Shown here: positions 55,170-64,000 of the stretch, one piece after another
Numbering within the stretch: position 1 is the stretch's first letter
Layout: every line of letters begins with the position of its first letter
Source of the DNA: an uncultured Chloroflexia bacterium
GTDB lineage: Bacteria > Chloroflexota > Limnocylindria > Limnocylindrales > CSP1-4
Direction: 5' to 3'
DNA: 64,000 nucleotides
Assembly (NCBI GenBank): GCA_963828165.1
Contig: CAWHDR010000001.1
Coordinates: 1,856,001-1,920,000 of the forward strand
Notes under the pieces: generated by a model
What the model was told of the DNA's origin: nothing
Seen by the model: the letters and a program-made list of their open reading frames with translations, nothing else
Databases searched by the model: none
Position numbers and translations under genes: made by a program

Positions 55170-57197
55170 ATGACAGACGATCGACTGCTGTCGACCGCCG
55201 ACGCGACTCCCTCCGACGACCCGCCCGACGAGCGGGCGCGGCTGCCCTACGGCAGCTGGCCGTCGCCGATCCGCATCGACGATCTGCTGGGCGACACCGT
55301 CCGGCTCAGCGAGCCCTGGATCGATGGCGACGAGACCTACTGGATCGAGAGCCGGCCCGCCGAGGCCGGCCGCAGCGTGCTCGTCCGGCGCGGGGTCGAC
55401 GGAACGACCGAGGATGTGACCGCCGCGCCGTTCGATGTGCGCAACCGGGTGCACGAGTACGGCGGCGGCTCCTACACGGTCGCCGGTGGCACCGTCGCCT
55501 TCTCGAACCGTGCCGACGGCCGGCTGTATCGCCTGGATCCGGGAGCGACCGAGCCCCAGCCCATCACCCCGGAGGGCGACTATCGATACGCCGACCTGCG
55601 CTTCGACCAGGGCCGTCGTCGGTTCCTGGCCGTGCGCGAAGACCACACCGGCGACGGCGAGGCGGTCGCGACGATCGTGGAGGTGCCGCTCGACGGGGAG
55701 CGAGCGCCGCGGGTCCTGGTCGAAGGGCCGGACTTCCTCGCAGCGCCCCGCCTCTCACCCGACGGGTCGAGGGTCGCCTGGCTCGAATGGGACCACCCCG
55801 ACATGCCCTGGGACTCGACTCGCCTGCGGATCGCCACGGTCCGCGCCGACGGGTTCCTCGATCCCTCCGACCTCGCCGCCGGTGGCCCGGACGAATCGAT
55901 CGTCCAGCCCGAATGGTCGCCGGACGGCGTCCTCCACCTCGTCAGCGATCGGAGCGGTTGGTGGAACCTGTACCGCCTCGTCGAAGGGCCGCGGCTGGAG
56001 CCGCTCGCGCCGCTGGAGGCCGAGTTCACGAAGCCGGCATGGGTCTTCGATCGCTCGACGTATGGCTTCTTGCCCGACGGTTCGATCGTGGCTGTGGCGC
56101 GAGCCCGGGGCCGGGACCGGATCTTCCACGTCGCTCCGGGTCGCCTCACGGGCGAGCTGGAGTCCCCGTTCACCGACATCGGGAGCCTGCGCGCCGGCGG
56201 GGGTTCGGTCCTGGCGATCGCCGGATCGCCCACCGAGACGTCGATGCTCGTCGCGCTCGATCCAACGACGCTGGCGCCGACCGGCGTGCTGCGGCGCTCC
56301 AGCGCGGTGGCCATCGACCCGGCCTGGACGTCGGTCGCCGAGCCGATCACGTTCCCGAGCGCGGGCGGACGCGTCGCCCACGGTCTCTTCTACCGGCCGA
56401 CGAACCCGGACGTCGCCGCGCCAGACGGCGAGCTGCCGCCGCTCCTGGTCCATTCGCACGGCGGACCCACATCGCACGCTGCCAACGCGCTCGACCTCGG
56501 GATCCAGCTGCTGACGAGCCGGGGCATCGCCGTGGTTGACGTCGACTACGGAGGGAGCACGGGCTACGGACGCGAGTACCGCCGCGAGCTGGAGGGCAAT
56601 TGGGGGGTCGTCGACGTTGACGACTGCGAGGCTGCCGCCCAGTACCTGGTGGCTCGCGGCGATGCGGATCCGGAACGCCTGGCGATCGAAGGCGGCAGCG
56701 CCGGTGGCTACACCACCCTGGCCGCCCTCGCGTTCCGCGACACGTTCGCAGCCGGCATCAGCCTCTACGGGATCGGAGACCTCGAGGCGCTGGTCCACGA
56801 TGACCACAAGTTCGAGTCGCGCTACTCCGACGGGCTGGTCGGCCCGTACCCCGAAGCGGCCGAGTTGTACCGCGAGCGGTCCCCGAACCACCACCTCGAA
56901 GGCATCTCCTGCCCGGTGCTCGTCATCCAGGGTCTCGAAGACCACGTGGTCTCGCCGCGCCATGCAGAGGCGATCGTCGCGGCCCTCGCGGCCAACGACA
57001 TCCCGCATGCCTACCTCGCCTTCGAGGGTGAGGGCCACGGGTTCCGCGGCGCCGACGCCATCCGGCGCACGCTGGAGGCCCGGCTCTCGTTCCTGGGCGC
57101 GGTGTTCGGGTTCACGCCGGCCGACGACCTTTCGCCGCTCGACGTCCCGGGTCTCGCCGATCGGCGCGCCAGCCGGACGCGCGTCGCCGCCCGGTAG
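55170..57197 (+). CDS. S9 family (prolyl oligo/acylaminoacyl) peptidase
   Basis: PYGSWPSP, HGGP, GGSAGG, QGLED, EGHGF. Confidence 0.92.
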   Translation: MTDDRLLSTADATPSDDPPDERARLPYGSWPSPIRIDDLLGDTVRLSEPWIDGDETYWIESRPAEAGRSVLVRRGVDGTTEDVTAAPFDVRNRVHEYGGGSYTVAGGTVAFSNRADGRLYRLDPGATEPQPITPEGDYRYADLRFDQGRRRFLAVREDHTGDGEAVATIVEVPLDGERAPRVLVEGPDFLAAPRLSPDGSRVAWLEWDHPDMPWDSTRLRIATVRADGFLDPSDLAAGGPDESIVQPEWSPDGVLHLVSDRSGWWNLYRLVEGPRLEPLAPLEAEFTKPAWVFDRSTYGFLPDGSIVAVARARGRDRIFHVAPGRLTGELESPFTDIGSLRAGGGSVLAIAGSPTETSMLVALDPTTLAPTGVLRRSSAVAIDPAWTSVAEPITFPSAGGRVAHGLFYRPTNPDVAAPDGELPPLLVHSHGGPTSHAANALDLGIQLLTSRGIAVVDVDYGGSTGYGREYRRELEGNWGVVDVDDCEAAAQYLVARGDADPERLAIEGGSAGGYTTLAALAFRDTFAAGISLYGIGDLEALVHDDHKFESRYSDGLVGPYPEAAELYRERSPNHHLEGISCPVLVIQGLEDHVVSPRHAEAIVAALAANDIPHAYLAFEGEGHGFRGADAIRRTLEARLSFLGAVFGFTPADDLSPLDVPGLADRRASRTRVAAR

Positions 57198-57218
57198 TTC
57201 GGGATACCGGTCTCGCTC

Positions 57219-58850
57219 GTGCGCCTCGCTGTCACCGACCCGGCGCTGTCGCATGAGCTGGGTCCCATCGAGCTCATCTTCATCACGCTGGCCTTCGCGA
57301 TCGCGCTGACCTACGTCGCGCGGCGACTGCGGATCGCCGACCCGATCCTGCTGTTGGTCGGCGGGATCGTGCTCAGCCAGCTCCCGGACCTCCCCGACAT
57401 CGAGCTCGCGCCGGACGTCGTGTTCCTCTTGTTCCTGCCGCCGATCCTCTTCGGCGCCGCGTACTTCACGCCCATCCGGGACTTCAAGGCCAATCTGCGG
57501 CCGATCCTGCTGCTGGCGATCGGGCTGGTCCTGTTCACGACCGCCGCCGTCGCCCTCGTCGTCCAGCAGCTGACCGACATGCCGGTCGCCGCCGCTTTCG
57601 CGCTCGGGGCGATCGTCGCGCCGCCGGACGCTGTGGCCGCCACGGCGGTCTTCCGGCGCCTCGGCGTGCCGCGACGGATCGTGACGATCCTGGAGGGTGA
57701 GAGCCTCCTCAACGACGCGTCGGCGTTGATCGTGTATCGCCTCGCCGTCGTCGCCGGGGCGGCCGCCGCCAGCTCGGTCGCCTTCTCGCTGGGCAACGCC
57801 GCGGCCGATGTGGCGGGAGCCGTCGTCGCCTTCGTCGTCGTCGGGGCCGGCGGGCTTGCCATCGGGGCGATCGTCGGCGCCATCGTGACGCGGACGCTGC
57901 ATCGCACGGCGGACCCCGTCATCGAGATCATCGTCACGCTGCTCGCGCCGGCGACCGCCTACATCGCCGCGGAGCAGGTCGGCGTGTCAGGAGTCCTCGC
58001 GACGGTCGTCGCCGGGCTCATGACAGGGCAGCGCGGAGCGCGGGTCCTGTCACCCGATGCGCGGCTCATGGGCATCGGCGTCTGGCAGACGGTCATCTGG
58101 TTGATCAATGCGTCCGTCTTCATGCTCATCGGCCTGCAGCTGCCGGCGATCCTCGAGGCCGTCCTCGCTGACCACCCTCCCGAGGAGCTGTTGGGGTTGG
58201 GGTTGGCGGTGAGCGCGACCGCCATCGTCGCCCGGATCGTGTGGGTCTACCCAGCGACGTACCTTCCCCGCTATTTCAGCGAGAGCCTGCGGGCGCGCGA
58301 CCCGTATCCGCCGGCCCGCTCCGTGTTCATCATCTCCTGGGCCGGCATGCGCGGGGTGGTGTCGCTGGCGGCCGCGTTCGCGCTACCGCCAGAGTTCCCG
58401 TCGCGCGACCTCATCCTGTTCCTCACGTTCTGCGTCATCGCCGCGACCCTCGTCGGGCAGGGCCTGACGCTGCCCTGGCTCATCCGTCACCTTGGCGTGC
58501 TGGCTCCCGCCGGGCAGGACGGGGAGGTGGTCCACGCCCGACTCGCCGCGGTGGAGGCGGCGCTGCAGCGTCTCGAGCAGCTCAAGAACGACTACCCGGA
58601 CCATTTGCCACTCATCGAGCAGCTCCGCGACGAGTACGAGCACGAGGCGAGCCATGTGATGCCGAGCGCCGGGGCCACCGTCGACGAGGCCGAGCAGGAG
58701 CTCCTCGAGCACCGGACGATCCGCAACGCAGTCCTCGCCGCCCAGCGAGAGGCCATGATCGGCCTGCGCGACGCCGGGGTCATCAACGACGAGACCCTGC
58801 GATCGATCGAGCGCGACCTGGACCTCGAAGCCCTGCGTGCCGACGCCTGA
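57219..58850 (+). CDS. CPA1 Na+/H+ antiporter
   Basis: FLPPIL, PPDAVA, EGESLLNDA, SGVLA, GMRGVVSLA. Confidence 0.92.
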   Translation: MRLAVTDPALSHELGPIELIFITLAFAIALTYVARRLRIADPILLLVGGIVLSQLPDLPDIELAPDVVFLLFLPPILFGAAYFTPIRDFKANLRPILLLAIGLVLFTTAAVALVVQQLTDMPVAAAFALGAIVAPPDAVAATAVFRRLGVPRRIVTILEGESLLNDASALIVYRLAVVAGAAAASSVAFSLGNAAADVAGAVVAFVVVGAGGLAIGAIVGAIVTRTLHRTADPVIEIIVTLLAPATAYIAAEQVGVSGVLATVVAGLMTGQRGARVLSPDARLMGIGVWQTVIWLINASVFMLIGLQLPAILEAVLADHPPEELLGLGLAVSATAIVARIVWVYPATYLPRYFSESLRARDPYPPARSVFIISWAGMRGVVSLAAAFALPPEFPSRDLILFLTFCVIAATLVGQGLTLPWLIRHLGVLAPAGQDGEVVHARLAAVEAALQRLEQLKNDYPDHLPLIEQLRDEYEHEASHVMPSAGATVDEAEQELLEHRTIRNAVLAAQREAMIGLRDAGVINDETLRSIERDLDLEALRADA

Positions 58851-58932
58851 CCCACCCCGGACAAAGGTCCCGCGTCGGCCGTCGCCGCTTGGGTGATACC
58901 CTCCGGGCAACCCCCAACGGAGTACCCGCCAA

Positions 58933-60153
58933 GTGAGCATCGTCGACGCCGCGCACTACCTATTCACGTCCGAGTCGGTCACCGAAGGTCACCCCGACAA
59001 GATGTGCGACCAGATCTCGGACGCGATCCTGGACCAGATCCTGCGGGACGACCCGGACGCCCGTGTCGCCTGCGAGACGGCGACGACGACCGGTCTCGTG
59101 CTCGTGCTCGGCGAGATCACGACGCACACCTACATCGACTTCCAGACCATCGTCCGCGATACCGTGCGCGACATCGGCTACACCCGCGCCGACTACGGGT
59201 TCGACTACCAGACCTGCGGCACGCTGGTCTCCGTAAAGGGCCAGTCGCCCGACATCGCCCAGGGCGTCGATGCCGCCCTCGAGGTCCGCGACGATGCGGC
59301 CTCGGCGTTCGAGCTGGGCGCCGGCGACCAGGGGATGATGTTCGGGTTCGCCTGCCGCGAGACCCCGGAGCTCATGCCGCTGCCGATCGCGCTCGCCCAC
59401 CGGATGGCGCGTCGCCTGTCGGAGGTCCGCAAGTCCGGCCAGCTGCCCTACCTGCGGCCGGACGGCAAGACCCAGGTGACCGTCGAGTACGAGCACGGCG
59501 TTCCCAAGCGGGTCCGCACGGTGGTCGTGTCGGCCCAGCACGATCCCGATGTGCGTCCCGAGCGGCTGCGCTCGGACATCGTCGAGTCGGTGATCCTGCC
59601 GACGATCCCGCGCGAGCTGCGCGACACGGACCCGGTCATGCACGTGAACCCGACCGGACGGTTCGTCACGGGCGGCCCGATGGGCGATGCCGGCCTGACC
59701 GGACGCAAGATCATCGTCGACTCGTACGGCGGGATGGCGCGTCATGGCGGGGGCGCGTTCTCCGGCAAGGATCCGACGAAGGTCGACCGGTCCGCCGCGT
59801 ACGCGGCCCGTTGGGTGGCCAAGAACGTGGTCGCGGCAGGTCTCGCCGATCGCTTCGAGGTCGAGGTCGCCTACGGCATCGGCATCGCCCGGCCGATCAG
59901 CTTCACGGTCGAGTCGTTCGGCACGGGCAAGGTCGACGACGCCGAGATCCAGGCACTCATCGAGCGCCATTTCGACATGCGCCCGGCTTCGATCATCGCG
60001 GCGCTCGACCTGCGCCGCCCGATCTACCGCCAGACGGCCGCGTACGGCCACTTCGGGCGGCCGGACCTGGACCTGCCGTGGGAGCGCACGGACAAGGCGG
60101 CCCTGCTCGCGGCGGACGCGGGCCTGCCGGAGCCGGCGGCAGTCAGCGCCTGA
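58933..60153 (+). CDS. metK: S-adenosylmethionine synthetase
   Basis: [36 protein letters not shown]. Confidence 0.97.
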   Translation: MSIVDAAHYLFTSESVTEGHPDKMCDQISDAILDQILRDDPDARVACETATTTGLVLVLGEITTHTYIDFQTIVRDTVRDIGYTRADYGFDYQTCGTLVSVKGQSPDIAQGVDAALEVRDDAASAFELGAGDQGMMFGFACRETPELMPLPIALAHRMARRLSEVRKSGQLPYLRPDGKTQVTVEYEHGVPKRVRTVVVSAQHDPDVRPERLRSDIVESVILPTIPRELRDTDPVMHVNPTGRFVTGGPMGDAGLTGRKIIVDSYGGMARHGGGAFSGKDPTKVDRSAAYAARWVAKNVVAAGLADRFEVEVAYGIGIARPISFTVESFGTGKVDDAEIQALIERHFDMRPASIIAALDLRRPIYRQTAAYGHFGRPDLDLPWERTDKAALLAADAGLPEPAAVSA

Positions 60154-60225
60154 CCACCAGGGCTTGTCGAGGGCCCGCGCCAGGTATCGGCGTCGTCGAG
60201 GGAAGCGGTCGCTGATCCCGAACGT

Positions 60226-61179
60226 CTAGCTCGACTGTTCGGTGACCATGCCGGCGACTCCGCCCACCTGTCCGCTGGCTCCGGTTCGGCGCGCGTTGCG
60301 GGTCAGCAACCATTGGCCGCCTAGCAGCAACGCCAGGGTCACCAGGAGCATCAGTGCAGCGACAGCGTTCGTGGCGGGCGTCACGCCGCGGCGGATCTGT
60401 CCGAACACGTACAGCGGCACGGTCGAGGTACCGCGGCCATTCACGAAGGTCGTGATCAGGTAGTCGTCGAAGGCGAACGTGAACGACAGGAGGAACCCGG
60501 CAACGATCGCCGGCAGCAGCTGCGGGAACGTGATCTGCCAGAACGTCCGCCACGGAGTTCCGTACAGGTCGAAGCTGGCCTCCACGTGCGTCCGATCCAT
60601 CCCCGAGAGTCGAGCCCGAACCAGCAACAACACCAGGCTGATGTTGAACAACGCCAAGGCGCTGACGATCGTGTGGAAGCCGAACCCGAGCTCCTGGCCG
60701 GTGAGGGCCGTCAGGACCCCGTCGCGGCCGATCACGCTCGCGAAGAACACCAGCGTCGCCAGGGCGATCACCAGTTCGGGGATGATGACGCTGATGTAGG
60801 TCAGCCCGTCGAAGGGGATGCGGAACCAGCGCGGCGCGCGCTGGATCCCGAGGGCCGCCATCGTTCCGATGATCGTGGCGATCGTCGCCGTAGCGAGGCC
60901 CACGATGACGCTGTTCGTCAGGTAGCGCTGGATCTCGCGGCTCTCCAGCACGTACTCGTACCAGCGGAGGCTGAAGCCCTCCCAATGCATGACCCGACGG
61001 TCCGTGCCGTTGAAGCTGAAGACGACCACGACGAGGATCGGTAGATACAGGAAGGCGTACACGAGGAGGGTATGGCCGCGAAGCCAGACCTCCACGAGAT
61101 CAGCGGATCGGGCGAACCTCCCGCGGGCGCGACCCTGGGTGGTTCGCGTCGCGGGGATCGGGATGGCGGGCGAGCTCAC
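60226..61179 (-). CDS. potC: Polyamine ABC transporter permease (PotC/PotI-like)
   Basis: FLYLPI...FSFN, EASFDLYG EAA loop, F.FAFDD; GTGA overlap with potB. Confidence 0.85.
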   Translation of the reverse strand: MSSPAIPIPATRTTQGRARGRFARSADLVEVWLRGHTLLVYAFLYLPILVVVVFSFNGTDRRVMHWEGFSLRWYEYVLESREIQRYLTNSVIVGLATATIATIIGTMAALGIQRAPRWFRIPFDGLTYISVIIPELVIALATLVFFASVIGRDGVLTALTGQELGFGFHTIVSALALFNISLVLLLVRARLSGMDRTHVEASFDLYGTPWRTFWQITFPQLLPAIVAGFLLSFTFAFDDYLITTFVNGRGTSTVPLYVFGQIRRGVTPATNAVAALMLLVTLALLLGGQWLLTRNARRTGASGQVGGVAGMVTEQSS

Positions 61180-62084
61180 AGGACGCTCTGGTCGCGTCCG
61201 CGATGGCCGCGATTCGAGAACCACAGGTAGAAGGTCACGACCACCAGCATGATGATCATCAGCGCGACCGCCTGGGCCGATCCGGCCGGCCAGTTACGTG
61301 CCTCGAGGAACCGGAGAACCAGCGCGTTCCCGGCGGTGAAGACCTGCCCGTAGCCCAGGATCTGGGGCACGACGTACTCACCCATCATCGGGATGAAGAC
61401 CAGGATGCTGCCGGTGACGAGACCAGGGAGCGCCACGGGCAAGGTCACCTGCCGGAATGTCGCCCAACGACCGGCCCCGAGATCCTTCGACGCCTCGACC
61501 AGAGCCCGGTCCATCCGCTCGAGCGTCACGTAGAGGGGAAAGACCATCAGCGGCAGATATCCGTAGACGAGTCCCAGCAGTACGGCGAACTCGGTCCCCA
61601 GGATCCGGAAGCTGCTGTTCCCCATCAGATCGCCGAAGAATCCGGCGACACCCTCGGGGCCGAGGATCGTGAGCCACGCGTACGTCCGGATGAGGAAGCT
61701 GGTCCAGAACGGGATGACGAGCAGCACGACGAACAGAGACTTCCGATGACCGGCGCGCGTAGCGATGAAATACGCCAGCGGCAGGCCGATGAGGAGGCAC
61801 AGGACCGTCCCCGCGATGGCGAGTTGCAGGCTCGTGATGAACGGATCGGCGTTTCGGAACGCATTGGCGTAGTTCTGGGTCGTGAACCCGCCGGCGTAGC
61901 CGCCAGTCGACCCGCGCTCGCCGAAACTGAACAGTACGACGAGCGCGAGTGGTGCGACGAGCAGCACGACGTACCACAGCCCGGCGGGCAAGATCAGCGC
62001 CGCCGTCAGCAGACGGGAGCGCAACGTGCCCCGGTCCCCGCCCGTGTCGAGGTGGGCGGGGAGGGCCGGGGTCACCGTGCTCAT
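61176..62084 (-). CDS. potB: Polyamine ABC transporter permease (PotB-like)
   Basis: PFWTSFLIRTYAW, YGYLPLMV, EASKDLGA, NWPAGSA. Confidence 0.88.
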   Translation of the reverse strand: MSTVTPALPAHLDTGGDRGTLRSRLLTAALILPAGLWYVVLLVAPLALVVLFSFGERGSTGGYAGGFTTQNYANAFRNADPFITSLQLAIAGTVLCLLIGLPLAYFIATRAGHRKSLFVVLLVIPFWTSFLIRTYAWLTILGPEGVAGFFGDLMGNSSFRILGTEFAVLLGLVYGYLPLMVFPLYVTLERMDRALVEASKDLGAGRWATFRQVTLPVALPGLVTGSILVFIPMMGEYVVPQILGYGQVFTAGNALVLRFLEARNWPAGSAQAVALMIIMLVVVTFYLWFSNRGHRGRDQSVL

Positions 62085-62111
62085 CGAGGGTCCTAGCGGG
62101 TCAGCGCGGGA

Positions 62112-63332
62112 TCAACCACCAATGCTGGACTTGAACTCTTCCCAGATCTCGACCCGGAGCGGATCGGTGGAGACATCCTCTGCGCCCTCGAGGCGGGGGA
62201 AGATGTCGTCGGGCACGAACACGGTTGGATTATCCAGCAGCTCCTGCGGGATGAACTCCTTCGCCGCGTCGTTCGGGGTCGCGTAGTAGTTGGTCCTGGT
62301 CTCTTCGGCCTGGATCTCCGGTTCGTGGATGAAGTTCAGGAACGCGTGTGCGGCGTTCGGGTGCGGAGCGTCGGCCAGGATCACCCAGGTATCCATCCAG
62401 TACAGCGTTCCGTCCTCCGGGATGATGTACCTGGTGTCGGCCGTTTCCGGCTCGGCGATCAGCTCGTCGATGCCGCCGGTCCATGTCAGGCCCAGGACAG
62501 CCTGCTCGTCCCGCAGCGGTTCTTCGTACGTGTCCGAGTTGAGGGCCAGGACGTGCGGTGCTAGACCCTTGAGCAGCGTCCGAGCCTCTTCGAGCTCCGC
62601 GGGCACGACGCTGTTCAGCGAGTAGCCAAGCGCCTTCAGCGGCGCGGTGAAGACGTCGCCGGGCGAGTCGACCACGACGATCTTGCCCGAGTACTTGGGG
62701 GCGACTTCGAAGAACTGCTTCCAGCTCTTGATCTCCTCGGTGACCACCTTGGTACGGACCGCGATGCCGGTCGTGCCCCAGTCCTTGGGGAGCTGCCACT
62801 CGTCGTTGGGATCCCACCAGAGCTTCTTGAATTGCGGGTTGATCAGGGAGCCGTTGGGAACCTTCGTCCAGTCGATCTTCTGCAGGAATCCGCCTTCCAC
62901 CATGGCGGGCACGAACTCCGCGGTAGGAGCCGCCACGTCGTAGAGGCCTGTCGCCCCGCCCTGGAGTCGCGTCAGCAGCTCCTCGTTGGACGGATAGATG
63001 TCGTACGTCCAATCCGTGATGTTGTATCGATCCTGGAACGCCGCGATGTTCTTCTCGGAGATGTAGTCCGCCCAGTTGTACATGTACAGGGCGCCTTCGG
63101 TCTCCACCACCGCCGCCGAGGCGGCCGGCGAGGCAGACCCGGCCGGGGCCGACGCAGGTGGGGCCACCGACGCTGCGGCGCTCGGAGACGTCCCTCCGCC
63201 GCTGGGGGTGCACGCGGCGATGAATGCGCTAAGCCCGGCCAGCCCGGTGCCGGCCAGGAACCCGCGTCGGTGGACCCGAGTCCGGGCCATCCGACGCATC
63301 AGCTCTTCGAGCTCTTTGTCTTTGTCTGCCAT
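62112..63332 (-). CDS. potD: Polyamine-binding lipoprotein (PotD/PotF) with Tat signal
   Basis: GGAGG RBS; HRRGFL plus lipobox IAAC; YNWADYI, SNEE, WGTTGI, PEDG..YW.D. Confidence 0.9.
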   Translation of the reverse strand: MADKDKELEELMRRMARTRVHRRGFLAGTGLAGLSAFIAACTPSGGGTSPSAAASVAPPASAPAGSASPAASAAVVETEGALYMYNWADYISEKNIAAFQDRYNITDWTYDIYPSNEELLTRLQGGATGLYDVAAPTAEFVPAMVEGGFLQKIDWTKVPNGSLINPQFKKLWWDPNDEWQLPKDWGTTGIAVRTKVVTEEIKSWKQFFEVAPKYSGKIVVVDSPGDVFTAPLKALGYSLNSVVPAELEEARTLLKGLAPHVLALNSDTYEEPLRDEQAVLGLTWTGGIDELIAEPETADTRYIIPEDGTLYWMDTWVILADAPHPNAAHAFLNFIHEPEIQAEETRTNYYATPNDAAKEFIPQELLDNPTVFVPDDIFPRLEGAEDVSTDPLRVEIWEEFKSSIGG

Positions 63333-63373
63333 CTCGCTTGATCCTCCTCCCGGTCGCCCGGGTCGTTCCAACC

Positions 63374-64000
63374 TCAGCCAACGAGGACGAGGTTCGCCTC
63401 CTCATGCCAGCGCACGGTAACGGGATCCCCTGGCCCCATCCCCTGGCTCGTGCTTGCTCCCAGCTGGTTCTGCCGCCGGACGACCAGCTCGCCGGCCTGA
63501 TCAGTGTGGATCCGGTACTCCGTCTGGTCTCCGAGGTAGGTTCCCTGGTGGATGCGTCCCTGGATGTTGGTCCAGCCCGAGCCGCCGGCCGCGGGCGCGT
63601 CTGCGGACGTCGGCTGCACTTCGAGGTGCTCCGGCCGGATCGCGACACTGACCTCGCTGTCGATCGCCGGATGGGCGGTCGGGTCGGTGATCAAACCAGA
63701 GAGCCTGAGCCCTCCGTCCGATTCCACGACCGCCCGCCGTGTCCCGTCGTCGACGGACAGGATCCGACCCTTGAGCGCGTTCGACGTGCCGATGAAGTCG
63801 GCCACGAACCGGTTGACGGGCCGCTCATAGAGGTCCGTCGGGTTGCCCTGCTGCTGGATCTGGCCGTCGCGCATGACCACGATGACGTCGCTCATCGTGA
63901 GCGCCTCCTCCTGGTCGTGGGTCACGTAGACGAAGGTGATGCCGACCTCACGCTGGAGGGCCTTGAGCTCGAGCTGCATCTCCTTGCGCAGCTTGAGATC
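63374..64000 (-). CDS. potA: Polyamine ABC transporter ATP-binding protein, 5' end outside the window
   Basis: [15 protein letters not shown]...[26 protein letters not shown] domain. Confidence 0.88.
   Translation of the reverse strand, partial: DLKLRKEMQLELKALQREVGITFVYVTHDQEEALTMSDVIVVMRDGQIQQQGNPTDLYERPVNRFVADFIGTSNALKGRILSVDDGTRRAVVESDGGLRLSGLITDPTAHPAIDSEVSVAIRPEHLEVQPTSADAPAAGGSGWTNIQGRIHQGTYLGDQTEYRIHTDQAGELVVRRQNQLGASTSQGMGPGDPVTVRWHEEANLVLVG

Noticed and set aside
50846-58932. SAM, SAH or purine riboswitch upstream of apt, ahcY or metK
   Set aside because: No recognisable conserved aptamer cores in the apt leader or the ~80-nt metK gap, and ahcY overlaps its upstream gene. An Rfam/Infernal scan would be decisive.

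Overview
A 64-kb, very GC-rich bacterial core-chromosome segment. Gene content and style suggest Chloroflexota, possibly Limnocylindria/Ellin6529-like (inference, not tested). I found no rRNA, tRNA, CRISPR array, transposase, integrase or prophage. Left part: 3' end of dnaE2, a large lamin-tail/multi-OB-fold surface protein, udp, and gap-pgk-eno. Middle: a Bacillota-like ancestral gene string (rpsT, lepA, hemW, CIRCE-hrcA-grpE-dnaK ... dnaJ-prmA-HIT ... rpsU-yqeY-pgpH-ybeY ... pth-mfd) interrupted by accessory blocks (M14 peptidase cluster, ktrBA, a split-barrel/MenA operon, an ABC-2 exporter, udgB). Right part: a SAM/methionine-salvage cluster (apt, mtnA, GNAT, ahcY, metK) converging on a potABCD-type polyamine importer. 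Best candidates for novelty: (1) a two-gene operon of a PNPOx-like split-barrel protein plus a MenA/UbiA prenyltransferase carrying an extra split-barrel-like N-terminal domain, behind a dyad operator; (2) histone-H1-like Lys/Ala tails on both PGK and ribosomal protein bS20; (3) an M14 carboxypeptidase with two inserted copies of a beta-domain, next to a TIMP/NTR-like surface protein; (4) MtnA with a twin-arginine-like N-terminal extension; (5) many apparently leaderless genes. The frameshifts in eno and mfd are most likely assembly errors. All family calls come from motif recognition by eye; no database searches were run.
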